The notes below the pieces were generated by a model, which saw only the letters and a program-made list of their open reading frames with translations, was not told where the DNA came from and made no database searches. Below are positions 40,184 through 50,217 of a stretch of DNA of 64,000 nucleotides, in pieces (the stretch's first letter is position 1; each line of letters opens with the position of its first letter). Location of the stretch: positions 1 through 64,000 of the forward strand of contig JADJFV010000035.1 of NCBI GenBank assembly GCA_016708435.1, in the 5' to 3' direction. The stretch comes from Leptospiraceae bacterium. GTDB lineage: Bacteria > Spirochaetota > Leptospiria > Leptospirales > Leptospiraceae. Both the position numbers and the translations under genes were made by a program.

Positions 40184-40483
40184 TTACAGCTTTTTAAAAT
40201 AAGGAATTTGCATTTCTGGTTGAGACTTGTATTTTTTGTTATGCAAATAAATGACTAATGTGCGGGCAAGTAAAAGCGGAATGAATAACAGGAGTGCAAT
40301 TAAAAAAGTAGAAAGTAAAACATAATACTGCCCATTCATCATTTTTGCCTGCCAGATATTGATTGCCTTCGCGGGACCTGACTGGGTTATACCAATATAA
40401 GCCGCTCCTATGAAAATTAGAATTGCAAATAATCCAAATCTTCCATTTAATTTTTCTATAAAATCTCGTTTTTCTTTGTTCAT
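40184..40483 (-). CDS. Hypothetical 2-TM membrane protein
   Basis: Start set at MNKEKRD. The upstream in-frame extension is produced by the GC-rich repeat and is unlikely to be coding. Confidence 0.4.
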   Translation of the reverse strand: MNKEKRDFIEKLNGRFGLFAILIFIGAAYIGITQSGPAKAINIWQAKMMNGQYYVLLSTFLIALLLFIPLLLARTLVIYLHNKKYKSQPEMQIPYFKKL

Positions 40484-40505
40484 TTCAGTCACCTCGAACT
40501 GTTTC

Positions 40506-40542
40506 CACCCTGCGCTAGGTCGCGCCCAACGCCTTCGCATGT
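40506..40542. repeat. Short GC-rich repeat (copy A) 8 nt downstream of a stop codon
   Basis: ccaccctgcgctaggtcgcgcccaacgccttcgcatg. Compare ccacccttcgctccaagtattcgcgaccagcgccttcgcatg at 42281..42322. Confidence 0.5.
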
Positions 40543-40549
40543 GAGAGGT

Positions 40550-41452
40550 CTATCTCCCTTTTTCTATTAAAATATTTTCTAGCGCCTTGTCAATATTAGA
40601 AAATTGAAATTGAAATCCCGCTTTCAGTAATCTTTCTGGAATGACCCAGCGGCTTTTTAAGATTAGCTCCGTTTCTGTTCTTATCATGATTGCCCCAATT
40701 TCTAGAAGAAATTTAGGAGATGGTAAACCAAATTTTACATTCATTGCCTTTCTTAGTGATTGCATTAAAGTGGCATTGGAAACTGGATTGGGAGATGAAC
40801 AGTTGTAAGCCCCTGTCATATTTTTATTGGATTGTAAGAAGCGGATAATAGTAAATAAATCCTCAATATGAATCCAACTGAACATTTGATTTCCATCGCC
40901 TTGTTTGCCGCCTAAACCAAAGCGAACTAGATTTTTAAAGGGTGTCATGACTCCCCCCTCTTTTCCTAAAACGATTGCCATGCGTAAAGCAACTTGTCTA
41001 GTCTTTGGTAATTGAAAATCAAAAAATGTTTTTTCCCATTGAGTTGCTACACCAACTGAAAATCCACTTCCTATTTCTCCACCGCTTTCTGTCATTGGTC
41101 GATCTTGCGCATGACGGTAAATGGTTGCCGTGCTAGAATTGATCCAAAGTTCGGGAGGATTCTTACATTTCAAAATCGCTTCTCCGAGTATTCTGGTAGT
41201 TTCTGTTCTTGATTTCAAAATTTCTTCTTTATTTTTTTTGTTATAACGACAATCGACGGATTTTCCTGCGAGGTTAATTAGCATTTCTGAATTGTCAAGG
41301 GCATCAACGATGGAAGAAATATCATCCCACTGGATACTATCATTTTGCCTCGAAATAATTTTTACTTCGTAACCCAATTCACTAAACTTTGTCTTTAGGT
41401 ATTTTCCCACAAAACCAGTCCCACCGGCTAATACTATTTTTTTATAATTCAT
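40550..41452 (-). CDS. TIGR01777 (YfcH-like) NAD-dependent epimerase/dehydratase family protein
   Basis: VLAGGTGFVGKYL Rossmann motif plus the C-terminal DUF1731-like region. Confidence 0.8.
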   Translation of the reverse strand: MNYKKIVLAGGTGFVGKYLKTKFSELGYEVKIISRQNDSIQWDDISSIVDALDNSEMLINLAGKSVDCRYNKKNKEEILKSRTETTRILGEAILKCKNPPELWINSSTATIYRHAQDRPMTESGGEIGSGFSVGVATQWEKTFFDFQLPKTRQVALRMAIVLGKEGGVMTPFKNLVRFGLGGKQGDGNQMFSWIHIEDLFTIIRFLQSNKNMTGAYNCSSPNPVSNATLMQSLRKAMNVKFGLPSPKFLLEIGAIMIRTETELILKSRWVIPERLLKAGFQFQFSNIDKALENILIEKGR

Positions 41453-41637
41453 AGTTCCTCATGTAATGTAAGGCTCGTAATTTGCATGAGCTTAATGTAT
41501 TCCAGTAAAATATTAATTTTTTGTCATCAACTATGTAATTCTTTGAATAAAATTTCAAATAGACCGCACAAGATTTAATTCATTAACCCAATGTAATTAG
41601 GTTCTATCATTTTTTTTTGATTGACGGTTGCATTCGT

Positions 41638-41661
41638 AGGGGTTGAATATATTCAACCCCT
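41638..41661. promoter_or_regulatory. 24-bp perfect palindrome aggggttgaatatattcaacccct abutting the start codon of the Uma2 gene
   Basis: Exact dyad symmetry ending 3 nt before the ATG at 41665, in a divergent promoter region. Confidence 0.4.
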
Positions 41662-41664
41662 GCT

Positions 41665-42192
41665 ATGAATACAACGACTGATACAATCCAAGACTTTGAT
41701 CTAACTGAAATCATTCAGGGAGAAAAGAGAATGGCACCTAGTCCTTTTGGGTATCACCAAAGAATTGTAGCAAATATTTTTAAATATATGAGCAGGTATG
41801 TGGAAGAGAATGGTTTAGGAGAAGTATTTCTTTCTCCGCTAGACGTAATTTTAGAAGAAGGAAAGTTTCGTCTACAACCGGATTTGATTTATTTGAAAAA
41901 AGAAAATCTTCATCTACTCCGTGAATGGATTTACGGAACTCCTGATCTAGTCATCGAAGTAGTTTCCAAAGGAACGCTCACAAGAGACAGTGTCGAGAAA
42001 AAAGAAATCTACGAAACCTTCGGCGTCAAAGAATTCTGGCTAGTGTTTCCTGAAATAGAATCGATTGAAGTCTTTACTCTCATTGACGGCAAATACAAAT
42101 TACACGCTTCGACTGATTATACTCCTGATTCTATTGAGTCAAAGTTGATAGAAGGTATGGATATTTTACCTGAGAAGATTTTTGTGAAGTAG
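41665..42192 (+). CDS. Uma2-family (DUF820) restriction-endonuclease-like protein
   Basis: YHQRIVANIF...PDLIYL...PDLVIEVVS...D...K...Y...GVKEFW pattern of the PD-(D/E)XK Uma2 family. Confidence 0.7.
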   Translation: MNTTTDTIQDFDLTEIIQGEKRMAPSPFGYHQRIVANIFKYMSRYVEENGLGEVFLSPLDVILEEGKFRLQPDLIYLKKENLHLLREWIYGTPDLVIEVVSKGTLTRDSVEKKEIYETFGVKEFWLVFPEIESIEVFTLIDGKYKLHASTDYTPDSIESKLIEGMDILPEKIFVK

Positions 42193-42198
42193 AGACGT

Positions 42199-42228
42199 CG
42201 TAGAGACGTAGCGCGCTACGTCTCTACG
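42199..42228. terminator. 30-bp perfect GC-rich palindrome cgtagagacgtagcgcgctacgtctctacg between convergent genes
   Basis: Exact dyad. It is preceded by a direct repeat gtagagacgt x2 and starts 7 nt after the Uma2 stop. No T-tract. Confidence 0.45.
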
Positions 42229-42280
42229 ATTACGGCGGTAAATCTCCTAATCTTTTATCTGTGGTCCATCTGTGTCCATT

Positions 42281-42322
42281 CCACCCTTCGCTCCAAGTAT
42301 TCGCGACCAGCGCCTTCGCATG
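42281..42322. repeat. Short GC-rich repeat (copy B) 8 nt downstream of a stop codon
   Basis: See copy A at 40506..40542. Same orientation and same 8-nt spacing from the stop of a minus-strand gene. Confidence 0.5.
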
Positions 42323-42329
42323 GTATTCT

Positions 42330-43460
42330 TCAAATATTCTTCAACACCTTCCCATACAACGCAAGCATAATATCATTTAACCGCTCATGACCCAATATTT
42401 TAAGAGTAGAATAAATCGTAGAAATCAACACATTCGAATCTCCTGGTGTAGCGGCAATTCCACGGACAATATTACCGTTAACCTCAAGGCTTGGTTCGAC
42501 GAAGACTGCGTGAGAAAATATTCTTCCAAACTCGCCACGCTCTCGACCGGAGGAAAAAATCATATTAGAGGAAATCTGACTTGTTAGGGAAAGCAGTGGA
42601 TCGTTGTTAATAGATTCCAAAATTTCTTTACGTGAGATTTCTTTTTCGAGTTCTATTCTAAAGCGGGTAATATGCATATACGGAGAATTAACTGTCATTG
42701 CACTCGATGTCACCGCATAAGATTGATTAACCGTTGTATAGAGTTCATTTAAAAGTCTTGCATGATGCGTCCCGTGTGTTCCTTCTGGAAATTGAAAGAG
42801 TGGTCCTGTTACATGTGGATCATTCTTTGCCATGTCTGCATCGCGGCGGATAATCACAAAGTCTATATTAGAAATTTCTACTGGAATAGAGTTGAATACT
42901 CTTATTATTGCGGATAATGTATGTGTATTGCAAGTGCTTACGTGAAAGAAAGTATCCTTTGTATTTTCCAGGATTTCGGTATTATCAGGAAATAATAGCT
43001 GTTTGCCAAACGTATGCTCACTTCCCTGCGCGATAAATGCTTTTGTGTTTGGATAATTTTCTTTTGTATATTCGCCTATTCTTTTTTCTGCAACACCAGA
43101 TGGAGAGCAATCTAGAACGATTTCACAGGAATTGCGAATTTCTTCTGCATTGCATACGTATCTTAACGCAAACCATTTCGAAGCCTCATTCGAGCTATTC
43201 ATATCTGATTCTACCATCAGAGCGCCTAGTTTGCAAAGGTGCTCCAAGTGATAGATGTTTTCTGCATTTATTTTATATGGCTCAATTGCGATTTTTATTT
43301 TGGGTAGTAATTTCTTTAGCGAAAGAAAAAGTCCAGCGAGAGGCCAGCCAATCACTCCAACTCCGCGGATATAAATAATTTTGTCTTTCATTCCAGTCAT
43401 CTTGCGAAATACTTGCACTGTGGCAATTTGAAATAAAATAGCGTTGTCGCTCTTTGTCAC
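42330..43460 (-). CDS. Type II (archaeal-like) glyceraldehyde-3-phosphate dehydrogenase-like NAD(P) oxidoreductase
   Basis: Rossmann IYIRGVGVIGWPLA, VLDCSPSGVAEK and HVSTCNTH (cf. archaeal GAPDH VVDCTPEGVGAK / VVSCNTTG). The true start is probably at MKDKII (43391). Confidence 0.5.
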   Translation of the reverse strand: MTKSDNAILFQIATVQVFRKMTGMKDKIIYIRGVGVIGWPLAGLFLSLKKLLPKIKIAIEPYKINAENIYHLEHLCKLGALMVESDMNSSNEASKWFALRYVCNAEEIRNSCEIVLDCSPSGVAEKRIGEYTKENYPNTKAFIAQGSEHTFGKQLLFPDNTEILENTKDTFFHVSTCNTHTLSAIIRVFNSIPVEISNIDFVIIRRDADMAKNDPHVTGPLFQFPEGTHGTHHARLLNELYTTVNQSYAVTSSAMTVNSPYMHITRFRIELEKEISRKEILESINNDPLLSLTSQISSNMIFSSGRERGEFGRIFSHAVFVEPSLEVNGNIVRGIAATPGDSNVLISTIYSTLKILGHERLNDIMLALYGKVLKNI

Positions 43461-43551
43461 CCCCTAAATTTTCTGTAGGGGGTCTCAAGTAATAGAGATT
43501 CCCGATAGAAAATTTCGGGAATGACGCAGCAAATATTAATAAAGGAACCGT

Positions 43552-45684
43552 ATGAAACTAAAGAAACTCTTGATTATCCTCTCCGTGATTGCACTCATTG
43601 TGCTTGCAAGGTATTATGGCTTGCAAGAATATTTATCTTTTGAATCTTTGAAGAGTAATAAAGAACTGTTAAATAGCTATTATGCGCAAAATGAAATTCT
43701 ATTCATTTCTGGCTATATCTTGCTTTATATAATTTCTGTTGCGGTTGCATTGCCTGGAGCTACGATATTAACCATTGGTAGTGGTGCTTTGTTTGGTCTC
43801 GTGAAGGGGGTAATCCTTGTTTCCTTCGCTAGCACTATTGGTGCTACTCTCAGTTTTTTAATTTCTAGATATTTATTTCGAGATACTCTACGAGAAAAAT
43901 TTTCTGATAAATTAACTGCTATAGATAAAGGTGTGAGCCAAGATGGTGCTTTTTATCTTTTTACTCTTCGGATGATTCCTATTTTCCCTTTCTTTTTAAT
44001 TAATGTCCTCATGGGACTAACTGATATATCGGTCGTCATATTCTTCTTTGTCAGTCAAGTCGGAATGCTTTTGGGAACTATCGTTTATGTAAATGCCGGC
44101 ACGCAGCTAGCAAGCATTAGCTCCTTAAAAGACATTCTTTCTCCAAATCTACTTTTTTCATTTGTTGCCCTTGGCATTCTTCCTTTATTTGGTAAATCCA
44201 TCATTGCCTATATAAAGAATCAAAAGATATATAAAAATTACAAAAAGCCAAAGTCATTTGATTACAATTTAATTGTAATTGGAGCAGGTGCCGCTGGACT
44301 TGTTACTTCTTATATTGCGGCTACCGTTAAAGCTAAAGTTGCGTTAGTCGAAAAACATAAGATGGGAGGAGACTGTTTAAATTATGGATGTGTTCCATCT
44401 AAAGCACTCATTGCAGTTGCTAAAAAAATTCACACAGAGAAAAGAATTGCAGAGTATGGAATTAAATCTGCAAAGATTGAATTTGATTTTGCTACCGTAA
44501 TGAAAAGAGTTGCCGGTGTAGTTAAAAAAATTGAACCAAATGACTCTGTGGAACGTTATACGAAATTAGGCGTAGAATGTTTTTCGGGAGATGCAAAGAT
44601 TGTTAGCCCTTATGTTGTTTCTATAAATGGTAAAGAATATAGCACAAAATCAATCGTAATCGCATCGGGTGCGGAGCCTTATATTCCAAATATTCCAGGA
44701 CTAAATGAAATAAAATATCTCACCTCCGAGACACTCTGGGATTTAAAAAAACTACCGAAGAAACTTCTTATCCTGGGAGGAGGACCGATTGGCTGTGAAT
44801 TATCACAAGCATTTTCTAGACTAGGTTCAGACGTAGCGTTAGTTGAAATGGGAGAGCGAATCATGCCAAAAGAAGATTTAGATGTTTCTGCCTTCATGAA
44901 AGAAACCCTAGAAAAAGAAGGGCTTAAAATTTTAACATCACATAAAGCCATAGAGTTTAAAAAAGGAAAAGTGAATTCTGTTATATGTGAGGCTAATGGC
45001 AACAAGGTAGAAATCAAATTTGATGAAGTAATTCTTGCAATTGGAAGAAAAGCCAGAACAAAAGGGTTTGGAATCGAAGAATTAGGAATTCGTTTGAATC
45101 CGAATGGAACGATTGAGACGGATGAATTTTTGCGAACCAATTTTCCAAATATATTTGTTTGCGGAGACGCGGCAGGACCTTATCAATTTACACATACCGC
45201 ATCTCATCAAGCATGGTATGCCTCGGTCAATGCACTTTTTGGATTTGCTAAAAAGTTTAAAGCGGATTACAGCGTTATACCTTGGACAACGTTCACGGAC
45301 CCAGAAGTTGCTCATGTAGGCTTAACGGAAGCCGAAGCAAAAGAAAAGAATATTGAAATAGAATTGAGTCAATATGATATTGGAGAACTCGACCGAGCTA
45401 TTGCCGATGGTGAGGCAAATGGATTCATAAAAGTCCTGACCAAAATAGGAACCGATAAAATATTGGGAGTAACTATAGTATCCGCACATGCAGGAGACTT
45501 GCTTGCGGAGTATGTTCTCGCTATGAAACATGGACTTGGTCTAAATAAAATATTAGGAACAATTCATACATATCCAACGATGTCAGAAGCAAATAAGTTC
45601 GTTGCGGGTAATTGGAAGAAGGCGAATAAGCCAGAGAAATTGCTTTCGTATGTGGAAAAATTTCATAGATGGCGACGCGGATAA
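43552..45684 (+). CDS. Fusion of DedA/TVP38 membrane domain with pyridine nucleotide-disulfide oxidoreductase (dihydrolipoamide dehydrogenase/mercuric reductase-like flavoprotein)
   Basis: N-terminal ~230-aa polytopic DedA-like domain. Then FAD motif VIGAGAAG, redox-active CLNYGC, NAD motif GGGPIGCE, and C-terminal dimerisation domain with HTYPTMSE. Confidence 0.8.
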   Translation: MKLKKLLIILSVIALIVLARYYGLQEYLSFESLKSNKELLNSYYAQNEILFISGYILLYIISVAVALPGATILTIGSGALFGLVKGVILVSFASTIGATLSFLISRYLFRDTLREKFSDKLTAIDKGVSQDGAFYLFTLRMIPIFPFFLINVLMGLTDISVVIFFFVSQVGMLLGTIVYVNAGTQLASISSLKDILSPNLLFSFVALGILPLFGKSIIAYIKNQKIYKNYKKPKSFDYNLIVIGAGAAGLVTSYIAATVKAKVALVEKHKMGGDCLNYGCVPSKALIAVAKKIHTEKRIAEYGIKSAKIEFDFATVMKRVAGVVKKIEPNDSVERYTKLGVECFSGDAKIVSPYVVSINGKEYSTKSIVIASGAEPYIPNIPGLNEIKYLTSETLWDLKKLPKKLLILGGGPIGCELSQAFSRLGSDVALVEMGERIMPKEDLDVSAFMKETLEKEGLKILTSHKAIEFKKGKVNSVICEANGNKVEIKFDEVILAIGRKARTKGFGIEELGIRLNPNGTIETDEFLRTNFPNIFVCGDAAGPYQFTHTASHQAWYASVNALFGFAKKFKADYSVIPWTTFTDPEVAHVGLTEAEAKEKNIEIELSQYDIGELDRAIADGEANGFIKVLTKIGTDKILGVTIVSAHAGDLLAEYVLAMKHGLGLNKILGTIHTYPTMSEANKFVAGNWKKANKPEKLLSYVEKFHRWRRG

Positions 45685-45787
45685 TTAAATTATTTTTCTT
45701 TTATCGAATTATAGCTAGAAAAAAAATCGAATTGAAATAAAAAGTGCTTTTCTCATCTAGGCAATTATTGGAAAAGTATACTATTCT

Positions 45788-47440
45788 ATGTTCCAGCTTG
45801 ACTTAGTCAATAAACTGAAAATAAACAACGTTACCGGGAGGCCTGTAATATTATGCGTAGACGATGAGTTGATTATTCTATCCTCTCTCAGTCAACAATT
45901 GATGCGCAAATATGGACAGGAATTTTCTATTCAAGCGGTGGATAATGCAGAGCAAGCATTGGATATTGTCCTAAAGTGCAATGAGGATAATACTGATATA
46001 CCTGTAATAATATGCGATCGTCTAATGCCTCTTATGAGTGGAGATGAATTACTAATTCAGATTCATAAGACTAATCCTGATACTAGAAAAATATTACTTA
46101 CGGGTCAAGCTTCTACTACGAGTATTAGTAATGCTATTAATAATGCTAACCTTTATAGATATATTTCTAAGCCATGGAGCAACGAAGAGCTATTATCCTC
46201 TGTCGACGAGGCTCTCGGTGCCTTTTACAATGACCGATTCTTAGAAGAAAAAGCATTAGAGCTAGAAAAAAGTCTTCTATTTGAAGAAATCAAATACAAG
46301 AATCTAGTCGAACATATGTCCGGTGCAATTTATATAATGACTGCTGATTTAAGTAGACAATTTCTATTTCACAGTCCGCAGATTTCCAAGATAACTCATT
46401 ATTCAAATGATGAGTTTACGTATGAATTGTGGCTAAGTCGGATTTACCCCGAAGATAGAAATAGGGTTTTAGGTAAGTTTGAATCTGTTACGTTTAATTC
46501 TAAAAGTTTTTTGATAGAATATCGTTTTTTTCGAAAAGACAATGAAATGATTTGGTTAGAGGAAGATATTACCTCAATTTATAAAGATAGACAACCATTC
46601 CTATTTCAGGGAATTCGAAATGATATAACAAATCGTAAACGTGCTGAAGTTAAGTTAAAGTTATATGCTGAAGAAATTGAAAAAGTAAATCAAAAACTTC
46701 TAAAAGCATTCGACCAGGCAGAGCAGGCAAATAAATCAAAATCCGAGTTTTTAGCAAATATTACTCATGAATTTAACACACCGTTGAATTCGATTTTAGG
46801 ATATTGTCAATTACTCGAGATGGAGCAGATTGGTAAATTAAATGAAAAGCAAAGCAAGTTTGTTTCTTATATTTACGAAAGCGGCAACCACTTGTTAGCC
46901 CTCGTTAACACCATTCTAGATTTTTCAAAGATAGATGCTGGCAGAGTGTTAATAGATAAAACTAACTTCGATCTCAATGCATTAGTGAAAGAAGTCATCA
47001 ATTCACAAGAAGCATTAGCAAGCCAAAAAAATATTACAATAGAATTAGATGTCGATAGCAGCAGAGACTATTTTATATTTGCCGATAGAACGAGAATAAA
47101 GCAAGTTTTGATCAATCTAAGTAGCAACGCGATCAAGTTTACTCAAAATGGTCGTAGTATTGGTTTTAAATTATATCAAGATGCGGATAACACCATATTG
47201 AAGTGCTGGGACGCTGGTATAGGTATTCCTAAATCTGAAGTTGTCCGAGTCTTTGAACCGTTTGAACAAATTCGAAATGAGTTTACTGCCAAGACGAAGG
47301 GAACCGGGCTCGGTCTTTCTATTGTGAAAAGCATTTTAGATTTACATGGTTTTTCGATTCAGTTGGAAAGCGAAGAGTTGAAGGGAAGCACATTCACGAT
47401 CACAATAGGGCAAACACCTATTTTGCTCTCGAAGACTTAA
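45788..47440 (+). CDS. Hybrid response regulator / PAS histidine kinase (REC-PAS-HisKA-HATPase_c)
   Basis: N-terminal REC (ILCVDDE...CDRLMPLMSG), PAS, H-box ITHEFNTPLNSILGY, G-box GTGLGLSIV. Confidence 0.85.
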   Translation: MFQLDLVNKLKINNVTGRPVILCVDDELIILSSLSQQLMRKYGQEFSIQAVDNAEQALDIVLKCNEDNTDIPVIICDRLMPLMSGDELLIQIHKTNPDTRKILLTGQASTTSISNAINNANLYRYISKPWSNEELLSSVDEALGAFYNDRFLEEKALELEKSLLFEEIKYKNLVEHMSGAIYIMTADLSRQFLFHSPQISKITHYSNDEFTYELWLSRIYPEDRNRVLGKFESVTFNSKSFLIEYRFFRKDNEMIWLEEDITSIYKDRQPFLFQGIRNDITNRKRAEVKLKLYAEEIEKVNQKLLKAFDQAEQANKSKSEFLANITHEFNTPLNSILGYCQLLEMEQIGKLNEKQSKFVSYIYESGNHLLALVNTILDFSKIDAGRVLIDKTNFDLNALVKEVINSQEALASQKNITIELDVDSSRDYFIFADRTRIKQVLINLSSNAIKFTQNGRSIGFKLYQDADNTILKCWDAGIGIPKSEVVRVFEPFEQIRNEFTAKTKGTGLGLSIVKSILDLHGFSIQLESEELKGSTFTITIGQTPILLSKT

Positions 47441-48981
47441 AATAGACTTTCTTCTTTTCCTTCTAGTTTTGCAATATACTCTAAATACTCAGTCATCCTA
47501 AATTTTTTCTTTGTTGAGTCAGAAGACATATAGCGTAAATTTCCGTGAACATTTCTTTCGGGAAACCACGGTCTATCAAATAGTCCAAAACACCAGAGGA
47601 TGCCTGTATAAGAATTTGGATTTCTTCCATCATACGCATACTTGTTATTAAACTCTTCTAGTGTATCAAATGCTTCTTGGTAAGTCTTAGACCATTCAAT
47701 GACTTTTTTTCCCCAGAGCATTCGCATATAATTGTGCATTCTACCCGTGATAATTAATTCTTTTTGTGCAGCATTCCAGAGCGGATCATGGGTATTTGCT
47801 GCTTCAAACTCTTTTCTTGTATAAAGATAATCACGCTTATCCGTTGCATGTTTGACTAGGATTTTTTGAATCCAATCAGGTAGTATTCTAAGGTCTTTAT
47901 TGAATTCTTTTTTAGGCCAGAAGAGTAGGTAGCCTATATCTCTCCATGTTAGAAGTTCATCAAAATAGGAGTTTAGACTTTTATTCTTGCCGTAGAAAGT
48001 ATCTTTGTCTCCTTTCGCGTCAATATTTAGTTTATCAGGTGCCCATGTTTCTTTTTCGTCTGCACTTAGGCAGTGGGCAATAATTGTCTCAACGCTGATA
48101 TGTCCGAAATGTAAATAGGGAGACATCGCGCTAGCGGGTGTTAGTTTGGGGGAATGCGGATTCGATCTATTATCCCCGTAAAGTTTCAAATTATTCTTAA
48201 TAAAGTAATTTAATTTTTCTAATGCTATTTTAGATCCGCCAATCATATCGGGAACAGGTTTTATAGAATTCGAAAAACTTATCTTAGAAAGAAATTTATC
48301 TATGTCTTTCTTTTCTATTTTAAATTCTTTGAATGGTGCTTTGGAAATCTTTTCTACTTGAATCAAGTCTTTCTTTGAAATCTTTTCCTTTGCTCTATGA
48401 ACATAGGCTTCTGCGAAGAGTCGGTGAATTCTAGGACGAAGGACGCGGGCGGCAGAGGCATGTTCTCCGTAAAGAGAAATTGGAATGATGCTGTTTGAGT
48501 CTACTACGATAAGCTTGCAGTCTACTTTCTTGGATAATTTATCAATTTGTTCCGGGATGATAAATGCGGGAAAATCATCTGTAACCACAACACACGCTTT
48601 ATCGGAGATTTTTCGTAAAATTCCTTTTGCCGGATTATCAGGAGTTTCCACAAAGCTCCAGTAATTTATGCCAAGCTTTTCTGCGGTCTGGCGGTTATCG
48701 CACATTCCTTCTAATATGAATTTATGAAGTCTCTCTGAATTCCATTTGTAATCAGCTCTCAGTCCTTCGTAGACTACTAACTCTTTGCCTAATTTTTTTC
48801 CTAGAAATATTGCATAATCGAGAGCGTGGTTGGATTCAAATCTTCGATAGGCTTGCATCCAATATAAAACATAAGTTCTATTTTCTAAGATTGGCTTTTG
48901 GTTTGTATCACGGACTCGGACTTTATTATACTCAGAGAAATTCATAACCCATTGGAATAAAATGGGGCTAGAATACAACAC
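47437..48981 (-). CDS. phr: Class II CPD photolyase (cryptochrome/photolyase family)
   Basis: YVLYWMQAYRRFESNHAL, SPYLHFGHIS, THDPLWNAAQKELIITGRMHNYMRMLWGKKVIEW and YDGRNPNSYTGILWCFGLFDRPW are collinear with Methanosarcina-type class II photolyase. Confidence 0.85.
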   Translation of the reverse strand: MLYSSPILFQWVMNFSEYNKVRVRDTNQKPILENRTYVLYWMQAYRRFESNHALDYAIFLGKKLGKELVVYEGLRADYKWNSERLHKFILEGMCDNRQTAEKLGINYWSFVETPDNPAKGILRKISDKACVVVTDDFPAFIIPEQIDKLSKKVDCKLIVVDSNSIIPISLYGEHASAARVLRPRIHRLFAEAYVHRAKEKISKKDLIQVEKISKAPFKEFKIEKKDIDKFLSKISFSNSIKPVPDMIGGSKIALEKLNYFIKNNLKLYGDNRSNPHSPKLTPASAMSPYLHFGHISVETIIAHCLSADEKETWAPDKLNIDAKGDKDTFYGKNKSLNSYFDELLTWRDIGYLLFWPKKEFNKDLRILPDWIQKILVKHATDKRDYLYTRKEFEAANTHDPLWNAAQKELIITGRMHNYMRMLWGKKVIEWSKTYQEAFDTLEEFNNKYAYDGRNPNSYTGILWCFGLFDRPWFPERNVHGNLRYMSSDSTKKKFRMTEYLEYIAKLEGKEESLF

Positions 48982-49012
48982 TAAATCGGAAAGTTAAAAT
49001 TCTATTCTGGGA

Positions 49013-50215
49013 CTAATTACTCTTAGCTGCATTTACAAAATACATGTCGATTTCGCCTTTATTCTTGGCTGCGACCTTGCCTCTGTATTCACAAATAAAA
49101 TTATCTTTAATCAATTCATAGGTGTATCCTGAAATATTCACTCTGCCCGGAAAGCCAGAAGATTCCATTCGACTGGCAACGTTTACCGAATCTCCCCAGA
49201 CATCATAGCAGAATTTCTTAGTTCCTACAACTCCTGCGACGAGTGGACCGGAGTGAACTCCAATCCGAATTTCCCATGGTGGAATTCCTTGTTGGGAATT
49301 GATTGTATTTACGATGTTCATGTAGTCTGCTAGTTCAAGTCCCGCCTTAATGATATTAACCGCATGATTTGGGTCTTTCTCTGGAATACCGGCTACGCAC
49401 ATGTATGCGTCACCAATTGTTTTAATCTTTTCAATCTTATAGATTTGCATGATAGAATCGAAATAACAAAAAAACTGGTCTAGTTGATGAATCAATTCTT
49501 CTGTTGTAAATTTCTCCGATAATTTGGTGAATCCTTTAAAGTCCGTAAATAGAATACTCGCACTTTCATAAAATACCGGCTTTGCTTTGCCGGTCTCCCT
49601 TAATTCCTTTGCTACTCGCTTTGGTAAAATATTTAACAACACTTCTTCTGTTTCTTTTTTACTCAGATCTAAAGATTTGTTTAATTTCTTTAATTCAATT
49701 TGAGCATTCACGAGTTCATTGTATTGCTTGAGAGAATTTTCGTAGGTAGAAAGAAGCATATTTAAAATATGTAAACGGTCTGCTACTATCTCAAAGTTTT
49801 TCCCCGCATAATTTATATTAATCGGAGTAACATCTTCATTGGTTGCAATTGGATTATTTAGAAGAGTCTCCACTCGATACATTAAGTATTTTTTGTCATA
49901 GGGCTTGGTGACGTAACCATCTGCACCGCATTCGATGCCTGTAATAATATCTTCCGGTCTAGAAAGAGAAGAGCAGATAACAACGGGTATGTCCTTTAAG
50001 GCATCGTTATTTTTAATTTTTCGACAGAGTTCAAATCCATTCATGTCTGGCATCTCAACGTCTGTTATGATGAGAGAAGGTTTTTCTCTTTCGACTAACG
50101 CATAGGCTTCTGCTCCATTCTTTCCCCAAAACACAGTATAGCCTTCGTCTACTAAGATACGCCTGAGCATTACACCTTGCACGGAACTATCTTCTGCAAA
50201 AACAATTGTGTGCAT
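49013..50215 (-). CDS. Response-regulator receiver fused to class III adenylate/guanylate cyclase
   Basis: REC (IVFAEDS...IITDVEMPDMNG...KP), coiled-coil linker, and cyclase homology domain (ILFTDFKGFT...KTIGDAYMCVAG...VWGDSVNVASRMES). Confidence 0.85.
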   Translation of the reverse strand: MHTIVFAEDSSVQGVMLRRILVDEGYTVFWGKNGAEAYALVEREKPSLIITDVEMPDMNGFELCRKIKNNDALKDIPVVICSSLSRPEDIITGIECGADGYVTKPYDKKYLMYRVETLLNNPIATNEDVTPININYAGKNFEIVADRLHILNMLLSTYENSLKQYNELVNAQIELKKLNKSLDLSKKETEEVLLNILPKRVAKELRETGKAKPVFYESASILFTDFKGFTKLSEKFTTEELIHQLDQFFCYFDSIMQIYKIEKIKTIGDAYMCVAGIPEKDPNHAVNIIKAGLELADYMNIVNTINSQQGIPPWEIRIGVHSGPLVAGVVGTKKFCYDVWGDSVNVASRMESSGFPGRVNISGYTYELIKDNFICEYRGKVAAKNKGEIDMYFVNAAKSN

Positions 50216-50217
50216 CT

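Noticed and set aside
40484-40540. N-terminal extension MRRRWARPSAGWKQFEVTE of the 40184..40540 ORF
   Set aside because: The extension is the translation of the GC-rich 3' repeat (copy A). The start was reassigned to the downstream ATG.
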